Assembly (NCBI GenBank): GCA_027319565.1
Contig: DAHVNA010000005.1
Span: 548 to 64,547 of the forward strand
From: Elusimicrobiota bacterium
GTDB lineage: Bacteria > Elusimicrobiota > Elusimicrobia > UBA1565 > UBA9628
Direction: 5' to 3'
DNA: 64,000 nucleotides
Within the stretch, counting starts at the first letter, position 1; the number at the start of each line of letters is the position of its first letter. Shown in pieces: positions 1 through 9,956 of the stretch. The notes under the pieces were generated by a model. It was not told where the DNA came from. It saw only the letters and a list, made by a program, of their open reading frames with translations, and ran no database searches. The position numbers and the translations under genes are program-made.

Positions 1-1
1 A

Positions 2-321
2 AAATCGCAAAACGACCTATTATTAAGGAGCAAGCTCGAAAATATCGGGCAAGCGGCCGAGGCCTGCCTTGTCCTAATAGCGGCAAGCAAAAATCTTATC
101 AACAACCCAAGACCCAGCGCCCTGGAGCTAGCCCGCTGGCTGCGGAAATCAGGATACCCTATCGCCAGGGTTGACCGAATCCTCCAAAATGCCGCAAAAA
201 ATGGGGATATTCTTGTTTCCGGATCCCGCAGGGGACGCAGATATGAATTAAGCCCCAGCGGCAGACTCAAAGCTCTCCTGATCGCGGAAAAATTAAACAG
301 GCGCATCGGCGAAAGCCTCTA
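2..321 (+). CDS. 5'-truncated ORF running in from the window edge; possible winged-helix DNA-binding protein
   Basis: Open frame from window edge to TAA at 319-321 (translation ...LARWLRKSGYPIARVDRILQNAAKNGDILVSGSRRGRRYELSPSGRLKALL...). No family recognised with certainty. Confidence 0.3.
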
Positions 322-633
322 AAACCTTAAAACAGACAAAAACGCCCGGCAAACCTCGCCAGTCCATAACTATTGATAATAAATATTATGTTACATAATG
401 GGACCACAACAACACTTTATATAAATCAACAAAAATAATCATATAATAAATAAAATACTTATATTTATTTGATAATTTTTAAATTAAGATATATTTTATT
501 GATTTTTAAAATTAGCAGGTGATCGGTAAAGAAATTGGAGGCAAAATTTTACCAAGAATTTATAAATTTTGGGAATACGGACGCAAAAAATGGAAAATGC
601 GCTCGGAAATCAAGGAGTCAAGTTCATACAAAA

Positions 634-672
634 AAACCCATGAGGCGCGGTTTCAAAAATTCGCCTCAAATT
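634..672 (-). terminator. Weak intrinsic terminator candidate downstream of the TPR/small-ORF transcription unit
   Basis: On the minus strand GAGGCG-loop-CGCCTC hairpin followed a few nt later by a T7 run (plus strand aaaaaaaccca...gaggcgcggtttcaaaaattcgcctc). Confidence 0.3.
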
Positions 673-722
673 AAGCCAATTTAAGGAAAGAAGATTCAAT
701 CAGGATAAAACCAAGCAAAAAC

Positions 723-983
723 CTAAAAAGACGGGAAGAGATAAGCCCAGACAAGACCCAAAGCAAGCAAAAAATATCCGCCTAGAATCAAGATGGGAGA
801 AACCCAAGAAGCCCAGTTGCGGCCCAAGGGGTCGCACCAGGATAAAACCCAAAAGCCCAAAACCGCCACTAAAATCCCGCCCCACATCAGCCTTGTCCCC
901 CACCAAGTGAAAAGCGGGGGCTGGGAAGGTTCTAAAAGGGAGGCTCTCTTGGGTTTTTTATCCCCGCGGCGATGGCGAGACAT
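723..983 (-). CDS. Small hydrophobic protein (two predicted TM helices), hypothetical
   Basis: 86-aa ORF on the same strand and immediately downstream of the TPR gene. Hydrophobic stretches GGILVAVLGFWVLSW and PILILGGYFLLALGLVWAYLF. Competes with an overlapping plus-strand ORF 793..990. Confidence 0.3.
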   Translation of the reverse strand: MSRHRRGDKKPKRASLLEPSQPPLFTWWGTRLMWGGILVAVLGFWVLSWCDPLGRNWASWVSPILILGGYFLLALGLVWAYLFPSF

Positions 984-994
984 GGCTTAAACTC

Positions 995-1927
995 TTAAAG
1001 ATGCCTTCGCTTGCTTCTCTTTTGAGCCAAAAGAAAGCGCCGGACCTTTTTTAACTCCTTTTTTGCCTGAGAATCTCTAGGATCAAGGCTTAAAGTCTTT
1101 TTCCAGAAGTGCTGAGCCTCCTGATAATGGCCTAATTTCTGCGAGCTCTGGGCAAGAAAAAAATAGATTTTTTGGGGGGCAATTCCGATATCTTCATTTT
1201 CAGATGGAACCGCCTTTAAAAGATGGCCAAGGGCCCCTTGATAGTCTTTTTGACTCAAAGCAATTCTTCCTAGGTAAAATTCCGCTCTTTTGACGCCCTC
1301 CGGCGATGAGGCCTTGGCCAACTCGCTAAAGATTCCCGCCGCGGAGTTCTCCTCATGGTTTTTCCACAGAGAAAGGGCTAGATTTTCTTTAATAACCGGG
1401 TCTTTGGGAGAAAAATAGCTCAGGCGCTGGTACTCCGCCAGAGCATCGTTATAGCGGCCCGCCTGAAACAAGAGTTTCGCTTCCCTTTGCCGGATATCTT
1501 CATCGTCGGGGAAATTGCGCAGATACCGCTGATATTCTTTAAGGGCAAAGGGGTAAAACCCCAGGTTTTGGTACATAAGCCCTCGGTAATAAAAAATGCG
1601 CGAATCCAGCGCTCCAAGAGAACGCGCCTTTTCAAGGGTATTAATCCCTTGTGGATAAAAATGAGGACCCTGTTGGAAGTAATCAATTCCCAGGCTCACC
1701 AAGGCCTTGAGGTCCTCGGGATTGTTTTTAAGCCTCAATTGCGCCTGAGAAATCGTCAGAGCGGGATTTTGGACGGAGACCTTTCTTCCAAAAATAAGAA
1801 CCGCTAGCGCCAAGACTCCAACTAAGGCCAGAAAAGCGGATACGATATAGGCTCTAAGCGGAAGGCGAGACTTCTCCCCCCCGTGACTTTTTTTAATTTT
1901 GACGAGGGGAGAATCTCCAGAACTCAT
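995..1927 (-). CDS. Tetratricopeptide-repeat protein with N-terminal membrane anchor
   Basis: 310 aa. N-terminal TM (AFLALVGVLALAVLIF) followed by repeated ~34-aa TPR-like units (A..Y..A/L..P patterns). Confidence 0.7.
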   Translation of the reverse strand: MSSGDSPLVKIKKSHGGEKSRLPLRAYIVSAFLALVGVLALAVLIFGRKVSVQNPALTISQAQLRLKNNPEDLKALVSLGIDYFQQGPHFYPQGINTLEKARSLGALDSRIFYYRGLMYQNLGFYPFALKEYQRYLRNFPDDEDIRQREAKLLFQAGRYNDALAEYQRLSYFSPKDPVIKENLALSLWKNHEENSAAGIFSELAKASSPEGVKRAEFYLGRIALSQKDYQGALGHLLKAVPSENEDIGIAPQKIYFFLAQSSQKLGHYQEAQHFWKKTLSLDPRDSQAKKELKKVRRFLLAQKRSKRRHL

Positions 1928-3237
1928 TCTTCGGCCGACAAAATATCTCCCAAGGTCAGAGGCGAGGGAGCTTTAAGATATTGGGCCACGCGAGCGCGCT
2001 CTTGTTTTTCATTGTAGCGCTTAATAGAGACAAATAAGCGAAAAGTTTTAGCATCGACTCCAGAGACCAATGCTCCCACCTCATCTCCCACCTTGGACGC
2101 TTCCTCATCCATTTGAGAAGCCGGACAGAAAGCAACGACCGGGCTTCCTTTCTTGCCTTTCTCCGAAACAGGCTTCTGTTTCTCGCCTTTCACTTGAGAA
2201 GCGAGGACTTTAAAAGCCACTCCCGATGAGTCAACCGAAATGACCGTTCCGGTCACGATCGAACCCGATGGGTATTTCTTCCGCAGTAATTCGGCGGGGT
2301 TGGGCAGAAGCTGTTTAATCCCGAAATAAACCGCGCCTTCCGGCTTATTGGGATCGGTTCCCGGCATAATCTTTGAAACGACTTTAACCCGCAATTTATC
2401 TCCGCGCTTATAAAGCGGGGTAGAAGCCTCTCCCCAAGCGATATCCTCGGGACGGATAAGCCCCTTAAATCCGCCGATATCAATCGTAAGACCTTCAACC
2501 GAGGTCTTGGAAATGCGTCCAAAGCGGACCTGCCCCGCCTCGACTTCAGAAAATATTTTCGCGCGCCTCTGGGCCGCTTGCTCTTCTAAAACCGCCTTGC
2601 GGGAGGCGACCACTCTTTTATCCGCTTCGTTTAAATCAATGATATAACACTCAATTGTCTTGTTTAAAAGCGCTTCGGTATCAAAAACCGGGCGAAAATC
2701 CGCCAGTGAAGACGGCAAGAAGGCGGTGACGCCCGAAATATCGACCAAAAACCCGCCCTTGATTCCAGAGACCACCTTGCCGGAAACCCGCGAATGCTCG
2801 CGAAAAGATTTCGCGACCCCTTCCCAAGATAATTCCATTTTCGCTTTTCTATGAGAGAGAAGAGTCGTTCCATCAGAACGCTTCCCCGCGTAGAGAACGG
2901 CGATTTTTTCTCCGGGCTTAGGCATCACAATCGCCGAAGAGGCCGGCGCATCCTTAGGTTCTTTATGTTTTTTGGATGAGTCAGGACTCTTTAAATTTTT
3001 TTTGGGAGCGGAAAAGGTAAAATCCGAAGCGGGGATAAATCCTTCTCTCTTCTCGCCGATATCCACCCAAACGCCTTCGGGGGTCGAAGAAATCACATTG
3101 GCCCAAACAATCTGCCGGGAGGATATTTTTTTGGAGAGCCCTTCTTCCTGCGCGAAAAGAGCTTCCATCTCTTGCCGAGCTGCCCAATCTTCCTTGGACT
3201 CCGCCCCGACGGAATCATGCTGCATTTTATCTTCCAT
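1924..3237 (-). CDS. rpsA: 30S ribosomal protein S1-like RNA-binding protein (short form with about four S1 domains)
   Basis: 437 aa with repeated S1-type OB-fold segments (G..V.G.V..I...G.FVD). Conserved position immediately downstream of cmk (cmk-rpsA linkage). Confidence 0.65.
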   Translation of the reverse strand: MEDKMQHDSVGAESKEDWAARQEMEALFAQEEGLSKKISSRQIVWANVISSTPEGVWVDIGEKREGFIPASDFTFSAPKKNLKSPDSSKKHKEPKDAPASSAIVMPKPGEKIAVLYAGKRSDGTTLLSHRKAKMELSWEGVAKSFREHSRVSGKVVSGIKGGFLVDISGVTAFLPSSLADFRPVFDTEALLNKTIECYIIDLNEADKRVVASRKAVLEEQAAQRRAKIFSEVEAGQVRFGRISKTSVEGLTIDIGGFKGLIRPEDIAWGEASTPLYKRGDKLRVKVVSKIMPGTDPNKPEGAVYFGIKQLLPNPAELLRKKYPSGSIVTGTVISVDSSGVAFKVLASQVKGEKQKPVSEKGKKGSPVVAFCPASQMDEEASKVGDEVGALVSGVDAKTFRLFVSIKRYNEKQERARVAQYLKAPSPLTLGDILSAEE

Positions 3238-3286
3238 TTAACCTAACCTCTTGAGAGTAATCTATCCAAAATTTCAGTATATTGTA

Positions 3287-3976
3287 TTAAAGTTTTGCCC
3301 GACGATGACGAACCATTTTGAGAATTTTTTGGGCCACCGCCCGACGGCTCATATGGGTTGAGTCAATCAAAACGGCATCCTTGGCGAAACTCAAGGGATT
3401 AATCTTTCTTTTTAAATCTCCCAAATCCCTTTTCAAAATCGCCTCCTTGATTTTTCCCCAATTGGCGTCTTGCCCAGCGGCTTTTAGTTGGTGATACCGA
3501 CGCTTGGCCCTTTCTTCAACGGAGGCATCCAGATAAATTTTAAAATCCGCGTTGGGAAAAACATGCGTGGTAATGTCTCGTCCTTCCATGACGACCCCGC
3601 CGTCTTTGCCTAAGGTTCGCTGAAGCTTGCAGAAAAATTTCCGCACTCCGGGGTAAGACGCCACTTGGCTAGAGAAAGCCCCAACACGCTCATCCCGTAT
3701 ATGGGCCGACACCGGCACATCATCGACAAAAGTCTTTAAGGTGACGCCGTCGGAAGAGGGACGAAATTCCCAATGAATTTGATGAGCTAGTTTCACGACC
3801 TTCTTTTCATCGCTAACGTCTAATTTGTTTTCCAAGGCCTTCCAGGTCAAAGCTCGGTACATCTCTCCGGTGTTGACGAAGTAATAGCCCAAAGACTTTG
3901 CCACCCATTGGCCAATGGTTGACTTTCCCACTCCGGCGGGGCCGTCCATCGCGATAATAAAACCCTTTTTCTTCAT
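3287..3976 (-). CDS. cmk: Cytidylate kinase
   Basis: P-loop IIAMDGPAGVGKSTI, Cmk-typical NTGEMYRALT motif. 229 aa. Overlaps hisC stop (ATGA-type coupling). Confidence 0.9.
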   Translation of the reverse strand: MKKKGFIIAMDGPAGVGKSTIGQWVAKSLGYYFVNTGEMYRALTWKALENKLDVSDEKKVVKLAHQIHWEFRPSSDGVTLKTFVDDVPVSAHIRDERVGAFSSQVASYPGVRKFFCKLQRTLGKDGGVVMEGRDITTHVFPNADFKIYLDASVEERAKRRYHQLKAAGQDANWGKIKEAILKRDLGDLKRKINPLSFAKDAVLIDSTHMSRRAVAQKILKMVRHRRAKL

Positions 3977-5070
3977 TTTAAAATGTCTTTCAAGCTCTTC
4001 AAAAGTTTAAGGTGGTCTTGTCTTCTCCCAATGCTGATGCGCACATGAAAGGAAAGCCCGTATTCATCTAAAGGACGAATGATGATTCCGCGCTCAAGCA
4101 GTTTCTGAAAAAGTTGTTTTCCCGGGATCGGCGATTTCGCGAAAACAAAATTACAGGCAGAAGAAATAATCTCAAAGCCCAAGGGAGGAAGAGACTTTTC
4201 CAGAAAGGCTTTCTCTTTAAGATTTAGCAACACTCCCTTTGACACAAAGCGAGCATCTTTAATCGCCGCGATACAAGCTCTTTGGGCCGGCAAACTGACG
4301 TTAAAAGGCATCCGGATACGGTCCATCCATCCTATGATTTCAGGACTTGTCACGACATATCCGACCCTTAAACCCGCAAGGCCATAAGCCTTAGAAAAGG
4401 TTCTCAATACCGCCACATTAGGTAGCCCTGGTGTCCACAAGGGAATACTTTCGGGATAGTCTTTTTCTAAACGCGCGTAATGATAATAAGCTTCGTCTAA
4501 AATCAAAATCGCCGAAGGCGGAAGCCGGAGAATAAATTTTTCAAGCTCTTTTTGCGAGTTATACGTCCCTGTGGGATTATTGGGATTCGGAATAAAAACA
4601 AGGCGCGTTCTTTCGCTTAAGGCGGCGGCCATGGTCTCAAGATCTAATTTCCAATTTTTCATCGGAACTTCAATAACGCTTGCGCCCATCAACATCGATT
4701 GCTGGCGAAAACGGACAAAGGCGTATTGGGAGGTCAGGGCTTCTTGGTTTTCATCAAGAAAAGCCTCGCAAAAAAGGCGAATGATCTCATCGGAGCCGTT
4801 GCCAATTAAAACCGATTCCTCCGGAATTTTGTGAAATTGGGCTAAAGCCTTTCTCAATTCGGGGCTGGCCCCTTCCGGATAGAGAAAGCAATCCTCGGAG
4901 GCCTTCTGGTAAACAGACATCGCTTTTGGAGAGGCCCCCAGGGGGTTTTCGTTGGAAGCGAGCTTAATGACCTCTTTAAGCCCAAATTCTCTGCGTACGG
5001 ATTCAATGGATTTCCCGGGGATATAAGGAGAAATTTTTCGCAGCGCTGGGCGGGGAACTATTTGTGACAC
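3973..5070 (-). CDS. hisC: Histidinol-phosphate aminotransferase (class II PLP aminotransferase)
   Basis: LASNENPLGASP motif, PLP-lysine region FSKAYGLAGLRVGY. Start reassigned to GTG at 5070 (MSQIVPRPALRKISPYIPGK) preceded by AAGGAAGG RBS, because the long ORF to 5160 would overlap pgeF by 100 nt. Confidence 0.85.
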   Translation of the reverse strand: MSQIVPRPALRKISPYIPGKSIESVRREFGLKEVIKLASNENPLGASPKAMSVYQKASEDCFLYPEGASPELRKALAQFHKIPEESVLIGNGSDEIIRLFCEAFLDENQEALTSQYAFVRFRQQSMLMGASVIEVPMKNWKLDLETMAAALSERTRLVFIPNPNNPTGTYNSQKELEKFILRLPPSAILILDEAYYHYARLEKDYPESIPLWTPGLPNVAVLRTFSKAYGLAGLRVGYVVTSPEIIGWMDRIRMPFNVSLPAQRACIAAIKDARFVSKGVLLNLKEKAFLEKSLPPLGFEIISSACNFVFAKSPIPGKQLFQKLLERGIIIRPLDEYGLSFHVRISIGRRQDHLKLLKSLKDILK

Positions 5071-5783
5071 GATGGTCCTTCCTTTGCCGTGATAAAAGCG
5101 GACATACGTTCTGAGTCTCCTTTGCGAAATGAGAAATATCCCGGCGAACAAACGGTGCATTCCGAACTTAGATAAATTGAATTTTCCGACAGCCCTGCGC
5201 GCAATAGCTGGTTTTTGGCTTCGAGATTTAAATCAAGACGCAGCCCTTTTTTGTCCTCAATAAAGTCTTCAGGTGGGAAAAATTCCTTAATTTCAGGGCC
5301 CACTTCGCAACAGCAAGATCCGATGTGAGGGCCGGCCGAGGCCAACAACTCTTCCGCGTTGACGTTAAAAACTCTCTGCATCTCGGTAGCGGCAATATAG
5401 GCGAAACTTTTGGCCATTCCCCGCCACCCGGCGTGAAAAACCCCGAAAACCGGGCGTTTTCTGGACCATATAAAAAGTGGAACACAATCGGCCACCAAGA
5501 CCATGGGAATCACTGCTTCTTGGCGACAAAACCAGCCATCGCCTTCAAGAATCTTTTCTTCGTCTTTCTCGGCCTCAAAAATCTTCGTTCCGTGGACTTG
5601 GCTTAAGACACGCGGAGTTTTTCCGCTCAAGTCCGAGATTTCCGAAAAAACTCGTTTGCGAACCTGAAGGTCTTTGAGGTTTCCCAAAGAACGTTTAGTC
5701 AAACCGCCGAAAAAGCCGCACTCGGCCATCCGCGAGTCCTGCCAGAGGCTTTGCGATAAAACTTCAGGCTCTCTGATCGGCAT
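5058..5783 (-). CDS. pgeF: Peptidoglycan editing factor PgeF / YfiH (DUF152 multicopper polyphenol oxidoreductase-like)
   Basis: Conserved VFHAGWRG and CCCEVG motifs typical of YfiH/PgeF. Positioned downstream of ftsZ as ylmD is in Bacillus. Confidence 0.8.
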   Translation of the reverse strand: MPIREPEVLSQSLWQDSRMAECGFFGGLTKRSLGNLKDLQVRKRVFSEISDLSGKTPRVLSQVHGTKIFEAEKDEEKILEGDGWFCRQEAVIPMVLVADCVPLFIWSRKRPVFGVFHAGWRGMAKSFAYIAATEMQRVFNVNAEELLASAGPHIGSCCCEVGPEIKEFFPPEDFIEDKKGLRLDLNLEAKNQLLRAGLSENSIYLSSECTVCSPGYFSFRKGDSERMSAFITAKEGPSCHK

Positions 5784-6483
5784 AGAGTTTTGTTTTATTT
5801 TCAGAAGCGGGTTTAAGCGAACGAATAGGGCGAACCCATTTGGTAAAGCTAGACGGCTTTAAAGAGTATTCATGAATCAATCGAATCACCTCGGAAATAG
5901 GCAGAAATTTTTCCCAATTGAGCCTTAAGATGCGCACTCCCGCCTGTTCCATTTCCGCAACGAATTGATCATAGTTAGACTGAAGATATTTTAAATACTC
6001 AAGCGTAATTGTTTTCTCCATCGGGCGTCCGCGGGCTTTAATGCGCTCAAGAGCGGTTTCAGGGCTGCACTGAATATAGACGAGAATTTGCGGAAAAACA
6101 AGCTCGCGAAGCACCATGTTGTCGAAGAGATCTAAATAGGTGTTGTAATCCAAATCTGAAATAATCTTGTCGGGATGAGCGTTGAGCATCCGCGCAAAAA
6201 TAGTGTCTTCCCAAATGGTGCGGTCTTGAACCACTCCTCTAATTTTTCCAAGACTGATGCGAGTCACGAATTCCCGGTGCTGCCTGAAACGATGATTGAG
6301 AAGCCAAACCTGCATCATCGTGCCGTATCCTTTCATGTCATGATAAAAATGCTCGAGATACGGATTTCCCTCGACTTCTTCCAGAACCGGCTCAAAATTG
6401 AGAGCCTTGGCCAAATCGACAGTCAAGGTGGACTTTCCAACTCCGATAGTTCCCGCGATTCCTATATAGCCTTCGGCAAACAT
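5764..6483 (-). CDS. Deoxynucleoside kinase (dAK/dGK/dCK family)
   Basis: P-loop GIAGTIGVGKSTLT, DRTIWED-like motif (ERS/DR-x motif of dNK family), 239 aa. Confidence 0.8.
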   Translation of the reverse strand: MFAEGYIGIAGTIGVGKSTLTVDLAKALNFEPVLEEVEGNPYLEHFYHDMKGYGTMMQVWLLNHRFRQHREFVTRISLGKIRGVVQDRTIWEDTIFARMLNAHPDKIISDLDYNTYLDLFDNMVLRELVFPQILVYIQCSPETALERIKARGRPMEKTITLEYLKYLQSNYDQFVAEMEQAGVRILRLNWEKFLPISEVIRLIHEYSLKPSSFTKWVRPIRSLKPASENKTKLYADQRA

Positions 6484-6486
6484 TTT

Positions 6487-7566
6487 TCACCCCATCCGGA
6501 TTTCTTGTTCAATTCCCTTCATCGCCAGTTTCAAATCGTCAGGACTGGTGGCGGCATCCATGATATCGTTTTCGGAAGCGAGTCCATCTTTAAAAAGACG
6601 AAAGAGAGATTGATTAAAAGTTTGCATCCCGTAAAATTGTCCTTTGCCGATGGCTTGAACGATTCCATTGGAATCGTTATCCTCAATGAGTTTTTTAATA
6701 TGGGCGGTGACGATCATGATTTCTAGAGCCGGAACCCGTCCCCCTTTTGAACAGGACAAAAGTCTCTGGCTGATGACGGCTTTGAGGGTTTCGGCTAATT
6801 CTTTACGCATCAAATTCTGTTGGTGGGGAGGATAGAGATCGATAATGCGGGTAATGGTCTGAGCCGTGTCGACCGTGTGCATGGTCGCCAAAACCAAGTG
6901 CCCGGTCTGAGCCGCCGTCAAAGCCGCCATGGTCGTTTCAAGATCGCGCATTTCTCCAAGCAAAATAACGTCGGGGTCCTGCCTTAACGCCATTCTAAGG
7001 CCTTCCGCAAAAGAATCGGTGTCCTGGCCGATTTCTCTTTGAGTGACAATGGCCTTTTTATCTTTATGTAAAAATTCGATAGGGTCCTCTACCGTCAGAA
7101 TATGACAAGGCCTAGTTTCGTTGATGGCATCTACCATCGCCGCCAAGGTCGAAGATTTGCCAGAACCAGTCGCTCCGGTCACCAATACCAAACCGCGCCG
7201 TAGATCCGCGATTTTTCGCAGCGTCGCGGCCGGAAGCTTGAGCCCCTGAAAAGAGGGAATTTCAACCGGAATATAGCGAATGGCCAAAGACAAGCGCCCT
7301 CGTTGATGGAAAGCATTGACGCGAAAACGCGCGACATTTCCGGCTTCAAAGGAAAAATCGCACTCGCCTTTTTCATCGAATATTTTTTTCGCATGGGGGG
7401 TGATCAGTTTTTTTAAAATATCCTCGACCAAGGTCTGCGTCAGTATCTCTTGTGAAAAAGGCGTCAATTGTCCGTCAATGCGAATATGGGGAACTCCGCC
7501 AACTCTCAGATGAATATCGCTGCCTTTTTTGTCGATAGTCGCCTGCAAAACGCTTTGAATATCCAT
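6487..7566 (-). CDS. pilT: Type IV pilus retraction ATPase PilT
   Basis: Walker A GATGSGKSSTLAAMVD, Walker B/Asp box ILTVEDPIEF, His box ATMHT. 359 aa. Confidence 0.85.
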   Translation of the reverse strand: MDIQSVLQATIDKKGSDIHLRVGGVPHIRIDGQLTPFSQEILTQTLVEDILKKLITPHAKKIFDEKGECDFSFEAGNVARFRVNAFHQRGRLSLAIRYIPVEIPSFQGLKLPAATLRKIADLRRGLVLVTGATGSGKSSTLAAMVDAINETRPCHILTVEDPIEFLHKDKKAIVTQREIGQDTDSFAEGLRMALRQDPDVILLGEMRDLETTMAALTAAQTGHLVLATMHTVDTAQTITRIIDLYPPHQQNLMRKELAETLKAVISQRLLSCSKGGRVPALEIMIVTAHIKKLIEDNDSNGIVQAIGKGQFYGMQTFNQSLFRLFKDGLASENDIMDAATSPDDLKLAMKGIEQEIRMG

Positions 7567-7572
7567 AGTCTC

Positions 7573-8703
7573 TTATTTGAGCCTCCGGGTCTTGAGCCTC
7601 AGAAACGCGGGTTTGGATAAATCATCCAAGTCCTGCGGCTTTGAGGCGTCCACCGAGCCTTTTTTTCTCCCCGCAAGAATGATTTCATTGGGATCATCCT
7701 GTAAATGATTGGCTTTAAAAAAATGGCGCGGATTTCTTCTTACTGGAAAACCAGTAGCGATCACCGTGATGCGAATTGAATCGCCCAAAGAATCGTCATA
7801 GGCCTTTCCCATTTTAATTTTGGCGTCAGGACTGGCGGCGCCCGTGATTAAATCCATCGCTTCTTCCATTTCCGCAAGCTTAAGCCCGTCTTTGCGCCCG
7901 GTGATATTGACGATTAAGCCCTTGGCGCCATCCATGACGACATTCTCAAGAAGCGGAGAATGTATCGCCGCCTTGGCCGCGGCCGCCGCACGCCCCATTC
8001 CCGAGGCTTCTCCCATCCCGATTAAAGCTTCTCCGGCGTCTTTCATAATCGCCCGCATATCGTTTAAGTCCATATTGATATTGCCGGGCATGGTAATGAC
8101 GTCTGAAATAGATTGAATCGCTTTTCTTAAGACATCATCGGCTAAGTGAAACGCGGACTCCGCCGTTGTCTCTGAATCGCTGACATCAAGCAAACGCTGA
8201 TTGGGAATCACTAACAGGGTATCCACATTCTTGCGCATCTCTTGAATTCCCTGCTCCGCGATATTGGCGCGATTGAGTTTTTCAAAAGCGAAGGGCCTGG
8301 TGACGACTCCCACGGTTAAAGCGCCTAAATCGCGGGCAATTTGAGAAACCAAGGGGGCGCCGCCGGTTCCCGTTCCGCCCCCCATCCCCGCAGTAATGAA
8401 AACCAAATCCGACCCCTTGAGGATTTCGCGAATCTGTTCGGCGCTCTCTTCCATTGCCGCGCGCCCGCGCGCGGAATCTCCGCCAACCCCAAGGCCTTTA
8501 GTGAGTTTTTCCCCAATCTGAACGCGAATATGCGCCAAACTTCTTCTGAGGTCTTGGGCGTCGGAATTGGCCGCGATCAGTTCAACCGCCTTAATTCCAG
8601 CTTCCGCCATCCGGTTAATCGCGTTTCCACCGGCTCCGCCGACTCCAATGGCCTTGATGACGGCGCGGGTTTCATGCACGTCTTCTAAAACCTGGATTTT
8701 CAT
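7573..8703 (-). CDS. ftsZ: Cell division GTPase FtsZ
   Basis: Tubulin signature GGGTGTGGAP, N-terminal IKAIGVGGAGGNAINRM, C-terminal conserved tail. 376 aa. Confidence 0.95.
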   Translation of the reverse strand: MKIQVLEDVHETRAVIKAIGVGGAGGNAINRMAEAGIKAVELIAANSDAQDLRRSLAHIRVQIGEKLTKGLGVGGDSARGRAAMEESAEQIREILKGSDLVFITAGMGGGTGTGGAPLVSQIARDLGALTVGVVTRPFAFEKLNRANIAEQGIQEMRKNVDTLLVIPNQRLLDVSDSETTAESAFHLADDVLRKAIQSISDVITMPGNINMDLNDMRAIMKDAGEALIGMGEASGMGRAAAAAKAAIHSPLLENVVMDGAKGLIVNITGRKDGLKLAEMEEAMDLITGAASPDAKIKMGKAYDDSLGDSIRITVIATGFPVRRNPRHFFKANHLQDDPNEIILAGRKKGSVDASKPQDLDDLSKPAFLRLKTRRLK

Positions 8704-8706
8704 CTT

Positions 8707-9948
8707 TTAAAAAAGCTCCTGAAAGACCGAAGTCATATTTTTAAGCCACGCCGGCTTTTTGCTGGGCATTATGCGGCGATTCGGGGAAGCGATGGAAAGC
8801 GGGAGAGAGTTGGCTAAAAGCCCCAGCGCGGTCGAATACGCCGGAGACGCCCAGATTGAATCGACCGCGAACATCTCCGGATGAGCCACCGCCACGCGAG
8901 CGGGAATACCCAGAATTTGGTTTGCCGCATCGCTCATGCCCCGCATTAGAGCTCCCCCTCCCGCTAAAATGACTCCGCCAGGTCCGACGACATCGGCATA
9001 TGAGGAGCCTCGGATATCTTCTTCAATTAAGGTCAAAATTTCTTCTACGCGCGGAAGAACGATGCCCATGACCGCGCTCACCTTGATTTTGCCCGGGGTG
9101 CGGCCATCAACCCCATTAAATTCCAATTCCTCGTCTTCTCCCAAAAAAGATGGATGGGCAAACCCATGCTCGACTTTGAGACGTTCCGCCGTCGCTAAAG
9201 AGGTGCGAAGCCCCACCGCCAAGTCTCGAGTGATGAAATCAGATCCAACGGGGAGCTCTTTGGAATAGCGAATGCTCCCCTCGGAGTATATTCCAATCGA
9301 AACCGATTGTCCGCCAATGTCGACAAAAAGAGCCCCCAACTCTTTTTCCTCGGGCGTCACCAAGACGTCTCCCGCGGCCAACAAACCGTAAACCGTTTCC
9401 TTGGCCTCAAAGCCCGCTTGGGCCACCGCTTTCGCCAAATTATTTAAGTGCGCCGAAGAAGCGGTGACGATGTGGACCTCGACTTCCAGCAAAGAGCCTT
9501 CCATTCCCACCGGATCCGGAACGCCTCTTTGGCGGTCCAAAGTGTATGACTGAGGCATCACGTGCAAAATCTCTCGATCGGAAGAAAGGGGAAGGGCCTT
9601 GGCATTGGCGATGACGCCCTCGACATCCTCGGGAGTAATTTCCTTATCGGTCCGGGCAATATTAAAGGCGCCTCGGTTATTAAAAGATTGCAAATGGCTG
9701 CCGCGAATACCGACGACGAGTTCTTTGACCTCGCAATGGGAATCTTTTTCCGCCCGTTCAACCGCGTCCCGAATGGAGCGAGCCGTCTCTTGAATATTAA
9801 TGACCACTCCGCCTTTAAGCCCGCGACAAGGGACGCTAGCCCCCCCAATGACCCGCACCAAACCCTGCCCTTCTCCGCGCTCGCCAATCAAGCAAGTAAT
9901 GCGGCTACTCCCGATATCGAGCCCCGCCAACACATTTTCCGTAGACAT
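8707..9948 (-). CDS. ftsA: Cell division protein FtsA
   Basis: Actin-fold ATPase motifs LAGLDIGSSRI, FVDIGGQSVSIGIY, VILAGGGALMRGM. Immediately upstream of ftsZ. Confidence 0.9.
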   Translation of the reverse strand: MSTENVLAGLDIGSSRITCLIGERGEGQGLVRVIGGASVPCRGLKGGVVINIQETARSIRDAVERAEKDSHCEVKELVVGIRGSHLQSFNNRGAFNIARTDKEITPEDVEGVIANAKALPLSSDREILHVMPQSYTLDRQRGVPDPVGMEGSLLEVEVHIVTASSAHLNNLAKAVAQAGFEAKETVYGLLAAGDVLVTPEEKELGALFVDIGGQSVSIGIYSEGSIRYSKELPVGSDFITRDLAVGLRTSLATAERLKVEHGFAHPSFLGEDEELEFNGVDGRTPGKIKVSAVMGIVLPRVEEILTLIEEDIRGSSYADVVGPGGVILAGGGALMRGMSDAANQILGIPARVAVAHPEMFAVDSIWASPAYSTALGLLANSLPLSIASPNRRIMPSKKPAWLKNMTSVFQELF

Positions 9949-9956
9949 CTGACCCC

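Noticed and set aside
360-560. AT-rich island as chromosomal origin (oriC)
   Set aside because: No dnaA/dnaN nearby and no cluster of TTATCCACA-like boxes. Only a single near-match at about 88-96, outside the island.
793-990. 65-aa plus-strand ORF overlapping the minus-strand small membrane ORF
   Set aside because: Lys/Pro/Gln-rich, non-protein-like composition. The minus-strand reading gives a plausible two-TM peptide in operon orientation. Both remain low confidence.
6175-6726. 183-aa plus-strand ORF antisense to the deoxynucleoside kinase/pilT genes
   Set aside because: Entirely embedded in the opposite strand of two well-supported genes. No motifs. Typical shadow ORF.
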